This document shows, in pieces, positions 54,958 to 63,334 of a DNA stretch of 64,000 nt. Position numbers and translations under genes: made by a program. This DNA is from Chloroflexota bacterium. Lineage in GTDB: Bacteria > Chloroflexota > Dehalococcoidia > JACPEP01. The stretch spans positions 21,048 to 85,047 of the forward strand of contig JACPEP010000008.1 in assembly GCA_016183425.1 (NCBI GenBank), read 5' to 3'. Numbering within the stretch: the first letter of the stretch is position 1; each line of letters begins with the position of its first letter. The notes under the pieces are model-generated. The model did not search any database and had not been told where the DNA came from. It was given only the letters and a program-made list of their open reading frames with translations.

Positions 54958-57348
54958 ATGGCCAATCATATAAATGTCTTCTACGCCTACCCTTCTAAGC
55001 CAGAATCGTTGGATGAAACCATCACCAAAGCCCTTGATGAACTCAAAAAAGAGGTTCAAATTCGAGAAGCTGGCATTCGCTTCAAGCAGTGGAATAATTT
55101 GTCCATTACGGGCAAGAAAATAGTCGGGGAGATAGTTCAAGCAATTGACCGTTCTGACATCTTCGCGTGCGATCTGACACATCGGAATTTGAACGTGGCC
55201 TTCGAACTTGGCTATGCTGTCGGTAAATTCAGGCGAGTATTCCTCTCCTTGGACACAACAATTCAAGACGCCTCTAAGGAGTACAAGCGGCTCTACACAG
55301 TAATCGTGGGCGTTGGCTATGCTGAATACCAAAATCATCGTGATCTTGCGTACGCTTTCCTGAACGATCATCCATGGACAACCCTCGATGAGCACTTACT
55401 TGGCGACATCTTTAGACGGCCGGTTCCGCGCCCTGAGCTACCAACCCTGCTATACGTGAAGCCCCCGCTGGAAACCGATGCAGTTATCGCAACGGCAGAA
55501 GGCCTACAGGGATCAATGTTCTCTGACTCCCTATTCATCGATGACCCAAGGGAGAACCCATCCCCGACGCTAGACTGGCACGCTAAAAAAATCCGTTTGG
55601 CCGACGCAGTTCTTGTTCATCTCCTGGCCGATAACCAGGAGCACGCACCCAGTCACAACGTCAAATCATCCTTTGTTGCAGGATTGGCTCACGGCCTTGG
55701 GAAGCCCGTTCTGATGTTGGCTCACACGCCATTTGATTGCCCGATTGACTACCAAGACCTCCTGAAGTCTCACCAAACAGCACAAAATTGCTGGAATCAT
55801 GTCGATAAGTGGCTCAGTCAGTTGAACCTACCCCGACGAAGATCGAGGCGAACGGCTCCAGAGGAGGCACGCACAAAACCGGGAGATCTTGAACTTCGAA
55901 ACCTGTCAATTGGTGAGCCGGTAGCAGAACATGAGCACCTGCGCCTCGATGAGTACTTCGTAGAAACAAGCGCCTATTATGAAGCTCTACAGGCCCAGAC
56001 GACGATCTTCGTAGGACGGCGGGGCACTGGCAAAACGGCAAACCTCATTGCTTTGCAGACGTCACTAGGAGAAGATAAGCGGAACCATGTTTGTACTGTC
56101 AAACCCGTTGGATATGAGGTTGATGGCTTCATCCGTGTGTTGCAGCAGAATTTGCACCGGGCCGAACGAGGGTACTTGGTAGAAAGCCTATGGAAGTTTC
56201 TCATTTACAGCGAACTGGCCTCCAGCGTGTTTAATGAGACTTCGGCTCGCCCTGCTTATCAAACCCGAACCCCCGACGAGACGAAGCTTGTTGAATATGT
56301 GGAAACCCACAGTGAGACACTTCGCCCTCCTTTTTCTCAGAGACTAGACCGGGCTGTTCGATCACTTATCGGCGTAGGGAGTTTAGCAGACGCAGAACAG
56401 CAGCGGGCGCGAATCAGTGAATTGTTGCACTCGTCAGAACTGCGCGATCTTCGCGACTTACTTGGGCGAGTTCTTGCCAGTCGCTCTAAGGTGGCAATCC
56501 TAATTGACAATCTGGATGAGCCGTGGCGACCTGGACATGAAATTGAATACCTTTCTGACTTGTTACTTGGACTACTGAAAGTAGGCCAGGACATAACTGA
56601 CGATTTTGAACGCCAGGATTATTGGCGCAAACGCGTTAATGTGTCGGTCACCATGTTCATACGGAGCGACATATTTGTCTACGTTAAGATGCTAGCGCCT
56701 GAGCAAGACAAACTGCCAATTCAGCGTATCGTATGGCATGACGAGTATCTCCTTTTGAAAGTCTTAGACGAGCGCCTGAAACACGCAGTGCCAAAGAGGT
56801 TTGATGCGCGCGATATTTGGCAACAGTTGTTTCCAGAAGAGGTGGTAGGTCTACCAACACGAGAGTTCATCGTGCGCAACACTTTGCACCGCCCGAGAGA
56901 CGTAATTTACCTGGTTAGAGAGGCTATGGCAAGAGCGGTCAACCAAGGGCGTCAGGTGGTCACTCCTGAGGATTTCCTCAACGCCCGACAAAAATACTCG
57001 CAGTACGTGTTTAACTCGATTCTGGCAGAGGATGACCCACGTAGAGGCAAACTTGAGGCGGTTCTATACGAATTTGCCGGTGCCCCTAGAGAAATGTCTC
57101 GAAGCCAGGTTGCATCCCGCATTAAAAGATCAGGAGTCGACGAATCGGATGTCGATTTCTATTTGAACCTTTTGTGTGATGTGAACTTCCTCGGTATTCA
57201 GACAACTAGTGGGTTCAGCTTTGCATCGGACGAGGATGATCGTCGCACGTTGCGGTCAGTGGCCGGAACGCTTGCGGTCGAAAAAGGCTGGGGGGAGGAG
57301 TCATACAGCGTCAATGCCGCGTTCCACCAGGTGCTTCAAATCGACTAG
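54958..57348 (+). CDS. ~797-aa protein with two tandem N-terminal nucleoside-2-deoxyribosyltransferase/TIR-like (flavodoxin-fold) domains fused to a P-loop NTPase (Walker A GRRGTGKT, Walker B VAILIDNLDE) and a C-terminal helical region. Candidate defence NTPase.
   Basis: Domain 1 has ...DRSDIFACDLTHRNLNVAFELGYAVGKFRRVFL. Domain 2 has ...ADAVLVHLLADNQEHAPSHNVKSSFVAGLAHGLGKPVLML. Both echo the NDT motif D..TxFExGyA.alGKPV. Walker A and B lie at residues ~400 and ~540. The gene is ~47% GC in a ~63% GC genome. Confidence 0.6.
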   Translation: MANHINVFYAYPSKPESLDETITKALDELKKEVQIREAGIRFKQWNNLSITGKKIVGEIVQAIDRSDIFACDLTHRNLNVAFELGYAVGKFRRVFLSLDTTIQDASKEYKRLYTVIVGVGYAEYQNHRDLAYAFLNDHPWTTLDEHLLGDIFRRPVPRPELPTLLYVKPPLETDAVIATAEGLQGSMFSDSLFIDDPRENPSPTLDWHAKKIRLADAVLVHLLADNQEHAPSHNVKSSFVAGLAHGLGKPVLMLAHTPFDCPIDYQDLLKSHQTAQNCWNHVDKWLSQLNLPRRRSRRTAPEEARTKPGDLELRNLSIGEPVAEHEHLRLDEYFVETSAYYEALQAQTTIFVGRRGTGKTANLIALQTSLGEDKRNHVCTVKPVGYEVDGFIRVLQQNLHRAERGYLVESLWKFLIYSELASSVFNETSARPAYQTRTPDETKLVEYVETHSETLRPPFSQRLDRAVRSLIGVGSLADAEQQRARISELLHSSELRDLRDLLGRVLASRSKVAILIDNLDEPWRPGHEIEYLSDLLLGLLKVGQDITDDFERQDYWRKRVNVSVTMFIRSDIFVYVKMLAPEQDKLPIQRIVWHDEYLLLKVLDERLKHAVPKRFDARDIWQQLFPEEVVGLPTREFIVRNTLHRPRDVIYLVREAMARAVNQGRQVVTPEDFLNARQKYSQYVFNSILAEDDPRRGKLEAVLYEFAGAPREMSRSQVASRIKRSGVDESDVDFYLNLLCDVNFLGIQTTSGFSFASDEDDRRTLRSVAGTLAVEKGWGEESYSVNAAFHQVLQID

Positions 57349-57485
57349 CCATGCAAAGTCGTCATTGTTGTATGCAGCCTGGGAATGGATCGGGGGCCTA
57401 GAATCATCAGATGCCTTATGAATCATTTCACGGCTTGACCTAACTGGCGCCTGTGATATAATAAGAACGGGCCAAGCCCAAGCCT

Positions 57486-57815
57486 ATGGCTTGCACAAAG
57501 CAACAAGACATTAACAGCCCTTCGCTAGACTTACTCCCGTGGTTCCAACTCCTGCCTCTGGATTACCTCATTCGACTTGCCTTCACGTCTTTCCAAGCCC
57601 TTTCGGTAACCTTGTCCCACCTGTGGCAATCTACTGGCTTGTACGAGGTTATGGACTACGATGTCACGTTGGACCTCCGCGACAAGGATGGGACACGGGC
57701 CTATTACATCAAAAGGAAAAAGGTGCGGCTTCTCCAAGACCACGTCAGAGCCATCGACGACCACGCTTGGGGCGACGGCAATCCTGTGGCCCGCTATCGC
57801 GAGACACTACCTTAA
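57486..57815 (+). CDS. Hypothetical protein (109 aa), 5' of the integrase homology and in another frame
   Basis: ORF only; no motif recognised. Confidence 0.25.
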   Translation: MACTKQQDINSPSLDLLPWFQLLPLDYLIRLAFTSFQALSVTLSHLWQSTGLYEVMDYDVTLDLRDKDGTRAYYIKRKKVRLLQDHVRAIDDHAWGDGNPVARYRETLP

Positions 57816-58672
57816 CCTTCAAAGAGGCCCTAGAGAGCTTTTTGCGAGCTCTAGAGGGCAAGAAGAGGAGTCCGTTAACCCGACGGACCTACGAGACCGA
57901 CGCCGGCCAGTTAATCGAGTGGCTGGAGCAGAACACCTACGCCACCACTCCCGCCAGCGTGGAGAGGGCTGACATCACCGAATACCTGGCCTATCTAGGG
58001 CAACAGGGTATCACAGGAGTCTCCCGGGCCCGCAAGCTTGCGGCCATCCGGGAGTTGTTCCGCTTCCTTGAGGTCCACGACTACATCGCCAAGAGTCCAG
58101 CCGAGGGGGTGGAAACCCCCAAAAAAGAGAGGGATGGCAGGGCCTACCTTCGGCCCGAGGAGTATTGGGCGATGCTGGCCCAGGCCAGCGCCCACCCCAG
58201 GGACTACGCTATCCTCCAGGTCTTTTTGCAGACAGGGGTAAGGGTCTCGGAGCTTTGCGATCTCAGGCTTTCCGATATTGACGCTGAGGGCCGCAGCCTA
58301 AAGGTGCGGGGCAAGGGCCAGGTTCAGCGGGAGATCGAGATGGAGAAAAAGGGCCTGGAGGCCCTCAAGAACTACCTGAACGCCCGACCCCAGACGCCGG
58401 ACGAACATCTCTTCCTGAACAAAGACTGCGAGCCCATCTCAGAGAGGATGGTTCGCAAGATCGTAGCCAAATACAAGACCAGGGCTGGAATTACCTAGAA
58501 GGTCAGCTGTCATTCCCTAAGACATACCTTCGGCACTTATAAAGCGGAGAAAGGCGTCTCACCCTTCCAACTCCAACAGTGACTTGGCCATGCAAATCTG
58601 AACACCACCCAGATCTACGTCCACCTGGGGAGGCAGAACGCTCAAAAGGTCATGGAGGCTACCAGCCTGTGA
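57810..58672 (+). pseudogene. Tyrosine recombinase/integrase (XerC/D-like) with two in-frame stop codons (TAG 58496-58498, TGA 58580-58582) and no recognisable own start
   Basis: One continuous frame reads ...KEALESFLRALEGKKRSPLTRRTYETDAGQLIEW... (core-binding domain) ...ISERMVRKIVAKYKTRAGIT*KVSCHSLRHTFGTYKAEKGVSPFQLQQ*LGHANLNTTQIYVHL (catalytic R, HxxR and Y present). Confidence 0.7.
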
Positions 58673-58882
58673 GGAGAGAGAGGGTTTTTCAAAAGTCACG
58701 GAGAGGGCGGCCCCGCCAGGCAAGTCCGGCTGAGTTCGATGCTGGCGTGCTACGCTTGCTGGCATGGGTTCAGGACCATGCGAAGAGCAACCCCGTCGCC
58801 TAGCCTAATGGTTTGTATCCGCGTGGTATAATACTGAGCGGGCACCAAGACTGCCTATAATCACTATTGAGAGGAGGTGGGG

Positions 58883-59191
58883 ATGATGCCAAGAGAGCAA
58901 CATATGAAAACTATCGATATCAGTAACGTCCCTGAACTGTTGCGCCTTGTCGAAGAGGTGCGCTCTACCAACGAGCCTCGCATTCTGCGTCAGGAGAACC
59001 AGGACGTAGCGATTGTGCGACCGCTGAAACGGCCAAGCCGCCCACGGATTCTACGGGGCAAGCCATTTACCAAGGACGACCCGATCTGGAACTTACAGAG
59101 AATTGGAAGCTCGGGACTGACCGACGTTTCCGAGAACACCGACAAGTACCTCGCCGAGGCGTATCTTGACACACACGACCAGAAACGATGA
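58883..59191 (+). CDS. Putative antitoxin (Phd/YefM-like N-terminus) of the downstream PIN toxin
   Basis: GGAGGTG RBS. ...MKTIDISNVPELLRLVEEVRSTNEPRILRQENQDVAIVRPL..., ...DKYLAEAY tail. ATGA overlap with the PIN gene. Confidence 0.5.
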   Translation: MMPREQHMKTIDISNVPELLRLVEEVRSTNEPRILRQENQDVAIVRPLKRPSRPRILRGKPFTKDDPIWNLQRIGSSGLTDVSENTDKYLAEAYLDTHDQKR

Positions 59192-59628
59192 AATCTCGCG
59201 CCCCAACTCGTCAAAAGAGAAGGGTTCTGATTGACACCGGCGCGTTTTATGCCTTTGCGGATGCAATCGATGCGCACCACCGGGAATCGGTCGCCATCTT
59301 CACTGACCTTCGGGACAAAGGGGATTACCTGCTCACCACCAGCTTCATCGTTGCCGAAACCCATGCCCTTCTTCTGAATCGCCTCCATCGTCAGGCGGCA
59401 ATCCAGTTCTTAAAAGACATGAAGGAAGGAAGCTATATCGCAGTAATCTGGGCCACACCCAACGATGTCAAGCAAGCGGGACAGACCATCTACCGCTACG
59501 AGGATAAAAAGTTTACTCTGACCGATGCTACCAGCTTCGCAGTTATGGAGCGGCTGGGAATCCAATACGCATTCACTTTTGACCGAAACTTCGCGCAGCA
59601 CGGCTTAAACGTCCTTGCTGCCACCTAG
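59188..59628 (+). CDS. PIN-domain toxin (VapC-like)
   Basis: VLIDTGAFYAFAD...E (AETHALL)...D (TLTDATSF)...FD PIN acidic residues. Confidence 0.7.
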   Translation: MKSRAPTRQKRRVLIDTGAFYAFADAIDAHHRESVAIFTDLRDKGDYLLTTSFIVAETHALLLNRLHRQAAIQFLKDMKEGSYIAVIWATPNDVKQAGQTIYRYEDKKFTLTDATSFAVMERLGIQYAFTFDRNFAQHGLNVLAAT

Positions 59629-59828
59629 CACGAGCATCCTCTCAAGCCTTTCCAGTTCTGGGATTACTATGTCACCGAAAAGATGAGGAGAAAGGCCCCA
59701 GGAGACAATGGCCACTCTTATATAAGCCGTTGGTCAAGGTAACCACCGTCGCAGCCTAGCGGTTTGCTTCACCTGCAGAAAGATTCCCCAGGCGAGTACC
59801 ACAATAACGGACCTTGATTGAAATCACA

Positions 59829-60527
59829 TTAGAGGCCAGACGAATCTTTCACTGCATGCGGCCATTGTCTCTCAGGCGTTTTGTCACCCTGCCACATCCA
59901 CTTCCCCTGGACACGCTTGTAGCTACTCTCAAATGGGCGCTTGAAAAGGTCATCGTACGCTATAATCAGGATATCGTTTTCTTGAAGGTCTATATCACGC
60001 GCCACCATCGACTGGCCTACATCTGCACCCCATTGGACAGCGTACTCTTCATCACCAGCGGCAAGATGTCGGACGCTGCTACGAGATGGATCGACGAGTA
60101 GCTCGGGCTTGTTTTCCCCTTGGTCTGGTCTTGACCTGTTCAGCCGCAGGTAGATGTTAAGGGCTGGCCCGACTCCAACGTTTCGAACCTTTAAGTAAGG
60201 GTAATCTTCTTGCCTCTCATCAAGGACAGATTTGCGGACAGTGTATTTGTTCTGGATGCATTTTCCCCAATTCGCTGGAATAACAATAGGGCGATGACCA
60301 TCCATGCGGGTCTGTTCAGTCACATTGGCCAGATCGTACGCATACTTGGCGTACAGTATAGCTGCCACTGCGGCTGCCAACAGCGCTGACACCTGAACGG
60401 CCGCCCAGTCGATTCGGTTCCCCCCGTCGCGAGTGATGACCCATTCTGTCACCAGTCCCAACACAAAAACGACGGAGGGATAGACCAGGACAGCCCATGA
60501 CCCTAATCGTGCGTGTAACGCTCTCAT
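59829..60527 (-). CDS. Hypothetical membrane-anchored protein (2 N-terminal TM helices + soluble domain), ~50% GC
   Basis: ORF with hydrophobic N-terminal segments. No motif recognised. Confidence 0.35.
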   Translation of the reverse strand: MRALHARLGSWAVLVYPSVVFVLGLVTEWVITRDGGNRIDWAAVQVSALLAAAVAAILYAKYAYDLANVTEQTRMDGHRPIVIPANWGKCIQNKYTVRKSVLDERQEDYPYLKVRNVGVGPALNIYLRLNRSRPDQGENKPELLVDPSRSSVRHLAAGDEEYAVQWGADVGQSMVARDIDLQENDILIIAYDDLFKRPFESSYKRVQGKWMWQGDKTPERQWPHAVKDSSGL

Positions 60528-60602
60528 TTAAGTGGATATTCCTCTTTTTTATCGCTCGTCTGATATAATAACCGTGGGACGGCACCTTAGCAAATGCCAA
60601 CT

Positions 60603-61093
60603 TTATGTCCGAGAAAGAACTACCTGAACATCACGAACAACCACCAGACCGCGAAGAAGAAACCCCCGGTTACTGGCAGGCCGCTCAAGCAACTTGGCAC
60701 TCATAGCCTGAATGTGCTGGGGGCCAAGTTTTCTCAGGCGTGTTGATCCTAAAGACGGAATCAAGTACAAGCGTACATACCCCTCGTAGCCTAGAAAAGT
60801 GCGGCGTTTAACACGGGGCTTGACCACATTATTTAGCCAGTGCCTGAGGTATTGCTCAGTAGTCCAGCTAGAGATGCCCAAGGTAATCCCAACCTGTAAC
60901 TCATGCTGGGCCTGCACCAACTGCTCCTGAACTTCCCGGCGAGTTTTAGCGTAAAAATAGCGGAACTTCTTCTTGCGTCCTCATATCCCAAAAACAGCCG
61001 AGCCTCCCACCGCCCGTCAGGTTCCCTCTTACGAATGGTGCCGTCGCCATTGCCTCTTCTGCCCACAGACTCCCGCCCCCTAAACGTTTGCAC
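60603..61093 (-). pseudogene. Decayed tyrosine-integrase N-terminal remnants (AP2-like arm-binding domain + core-binding SAM-like fragment), immediately 3' of tRNA-Arg
   Basis: GNGDGTIRKREPDGRWEARLFLGYEDARR (integrase arm-type N-domain) and ...TTEQYLRHWLNNVVKPRVKRRTFLGYEGYVRLYLIPSLGSTRLRKLGPQHIQ (core-binding) lie in different frames. The catalytic domain is absent. Confidence 0.65.
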
Positions 61094-61198
61094 CTATTGT
61101 ACACTGAAGCCCGATTGTGGTCACAAAAGTGGTCACCGGTGAGATTCAACCCCATAAAGAGCCTGTTGCAGCCGAAATTAGGTTTGAAATTTGAAAAC

Positions 61199-61274
61199 TG
61201 GTACCCCTGGGGTGACTCGAACACCCGACACGCGGTTTAGGAAACCGCTGCTCTATCCACTGAGCTACAGGGGC
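61199..61274 (-). tRNA. tRNA-Arg (anticodon CCT) with encoded CCA
   Basis: Hand-folded cloverleaf. Acceptor GCCCCTG/CAGGGGT, D-stem GCTC/GAGC, anticodon stem GCGGT/ACCGC with loop TTCCTAA (anticodon CCT), T-arm GGGTG-TTCGAGT-CACCC, 3' ACCA. Confidence 0.85.
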
Positions 61275-61453
61275 ATAAAAGAATCTCGTTACCCGTAGTA
61301 TAGCCCCCGGCTGCCTCAGCCGCAACCTTTGGCCCCATTGACATCAGGAGGCCCTTCCGATAGTCTTCTACGAAGATAGGGATTGCCTGGATAATACCTT
61401 TGTCGAGGAAAAGATCGTGGTCTGCCCCCATGAGATCTAGAAAGGAGTGACCC

Positions 61454-63238
61454 GTGAGAGCTACGCCCCCTAAAGACGCTGCCACCGTCCGCCAGGCGGA
61501 GTACGGCTCCGATATTATCGTTGACCTAATTCGGGCCCTGGACATACCATACGTGGCCTTCAACCCCGGTTCCACCTTCCGCTGGATCCACGACTCCCTG
61601 GTCAACTATGGGAACAACCATAAACCAGAGATCATCCAATGCTGCCACGAGGAGACATCGGTAGCCATCGCCCACGGCTACGCCAAGGCCACGGGCCATC
61701 CTATAGTAGCCATGGTTCATAACGTTGTGGGTCTCCAGCACGCCGCCATGGCTATCTACAATGCCTGGTGTGATCGGGCACCAGTAATAGTCATGGGGGG
61801 CACCGGACCCCTGGACGTCACCAAGCGTCGCCCTGGAATCGATTGGGTCCACACCGCCTCAGACCAGGGTCATCTGGTCCGCGACTTTGTAAAATGGGAC
61901 GACCAACCCCACAGCCTGACCAGCGTCCCTGAATCCTTCCTTCGCGCTTACCAGGCAGCCGTTACCCCACCCCAAGGACCCGTCTATCTTTGCTACGACG
62001 CCGAACTTCAGGCCTCCCCTATCCCTCCGGAATTCTCCTTCCCCGACGTCGCTAACTACTCCCTTCCGGCATCCATCGCCCCCCACGGCCCCCTCCTCTC
62101 CCAGGCCGCCAAACTCCTGATTGAGGCGCAAAACCCCGTCATCGTCGCCGATGGTGTGGGAAGAAATCCGTCAGCAGTGGCGGATTTGGTGAGCCTGGCC
62201 GATCTCCTGGCCATCCCCGTTATCGACGGCGGCAGCCGCTTCAACTTCCCCTCCTCCCACCCCTTAGACATGACGGGAGCCAGCGGCGATATCCTGCCCC
62301 AAGCCGACGTCATCCTCGCCTTGGAGGTGGAAAACCTCTTCGGGGCCCTGAGCGGCCCCACCGCTTCGGGCGAGCACCAAAATATCATCGCACCCCAAAC
62401 CAAGGTAATCCACATCTGCTTGGGACATCTCCTCAGCCGCGGTTGGGCTGCCGATTGCCAGCGCCTCCAGCCGACTCATCTCACCATCACCGCCGATACC
62501 GCCCTTGCCCTCCCTCAACTGATAGACATATGCCGGGAAATGCTGAAATACGACGATAAAATCCGCCAGGGCTACACCCTCAGACGCTCTCGTCTCAGCC
62601 AGCAACACCAGGAACTAAGGAGCCGGTGGGAGCGGGAGGCCGAAGGAAGGGGGGAGGAAATGCCCATTTCGCCACCCCGCCTCGCCAGCGAGGTCTATAA
62701 AATCATTAAAGACAGAGACTGGGTACTGGTCAACGGTGGACTGACCGGCTGGGCCAGGAGACTATGGGACTTCTCCCAGCCCAACCAGTTCCTTGGTGGC
62801 AGCGGAGGGCAGGGGCTAGGCGATGGCATCGGCGCCGCCATAGGAGCCGCCTTGGCTTTAGCCCATGACGGCAAGCTTTGCATAAACCTGCAAGCCGACG
62901 GGGATCTCCTCTACTGTGCCACCGGCCTGTGGACAGCGGCCCACCACAGCATTCCCCTCCTAAATATAATGTTCAACAACCGTAGCTACTACAACTCCGA
63001 AAACCATGCCCTGGTTACCGCCCGCAGTCGGAATCGTCCCGAGGCTAACCGGGGTGTGGGCACCCGCCTTGAGGAACCCTTCGTGGACTTCGCCCAGCTG
63101 GCCCGCTCCTTGGGAGTGTACAGCGAAGGCCCCATAGAGGAGCCCGAGGCTATTGCCCCAGCCCTGAAAAGAGCCCTGCGTGTATTAGAGGTAGACAAGA
63201 AGCCAGCCCTGGTGGACGTGGTGACCCAGTCTCGATAA
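61454..63238 (+). CDS. Thiamine-pyrophosphate-dependent enzyme (acetolactate synthase / benzoylformate decarboxylase / sulfoacetaldehyde acetyltransferase-like family)
   Basis: N-terminal TPP_enzyme_N (...FNPGSTF...HEETSVAIAHGYAKATG) and a C-terminal TPP-binding GDG...N motif (GDGIGAAIG..., LQADGDLLY...NN). Confidence 0.7.
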   Translation: MRATPPKDAATVRQAEYGSDIIVDLIRALDIPYVAFNPGSTFRWIHDSLVNYGNNHKPEIIQCCHEETSVAIAHGYAKATGHPIVAMVHNVVGLQHAAMAIYNAWCDRAPVIVMGGTGPLDVTKRRPGIDWVHTASDQGHLVRDFVKWDDQPHSLTSVPESFLRAYQAAVTPPQGPVYLCYDAELQASPIPPEFSFPDVANYSLPASIAPHGPLLSQAAKLLIEAQNPVIVADGVGRNPSAVADLVSLADLLAIPVIDGGSRFNFPSSHPLDMTGASGDILPQADVILALEVENLFGALSGPTASGEHQNIIAPQTKVIHICLGHLLSRGWAADCQRLQPTHLTITADTALALPQLIDICREMLKYDDKIRQGYTLRRSRLSQQHQELRSRWEREAEGRGEEMPISPPRLASEVYKIIKDRDWVLVNGGLTGWARRLWDFSQPNQFLGGSGGQGLGDGIGAAIGAALALAHDGKLCINLQADGDLLYCATGLWTAAHHSIPLLNIMFNNRSYYNSENHALVTARSRNRPEANRGVGTRLEEPFVDFAQLARSLGVYSEGPIEEPEAIAPALKRALRVLEVDKKPALVDVVTQSR

Positions 63239-63334
63239 AATGTAAAGGGCCGTGGGCGTTCCCCCCCTCGCCCACGGCCCAGTCTAGTCCCGGGTTCCCC
63301 CGGGATCCGTCAACACATGGTAAAGCAGAGCGTC

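Noticed and set aside
57539-57809. N-terminal 90 aa of the 319-aa ORF as part of the integrase
   Set aside because: That sequence is low-complexity (Pro/Arg/Gly-rich) with no integrase similarity. Integrase homology begins only around 57810. The gene lacks its own start and is treated as a pseudogene.
54280-58672. Possibility that the in-frame TAG/TAA/TGA codons reflect stop-codon reassignment, selenocysteine or pyrrolysine
   Set aside because: All three stop codons are involved. Every other gene uses them as normal terminators. No SECIS-like context was checked or evident. Pseudogenisation is the more parsimonious reading.
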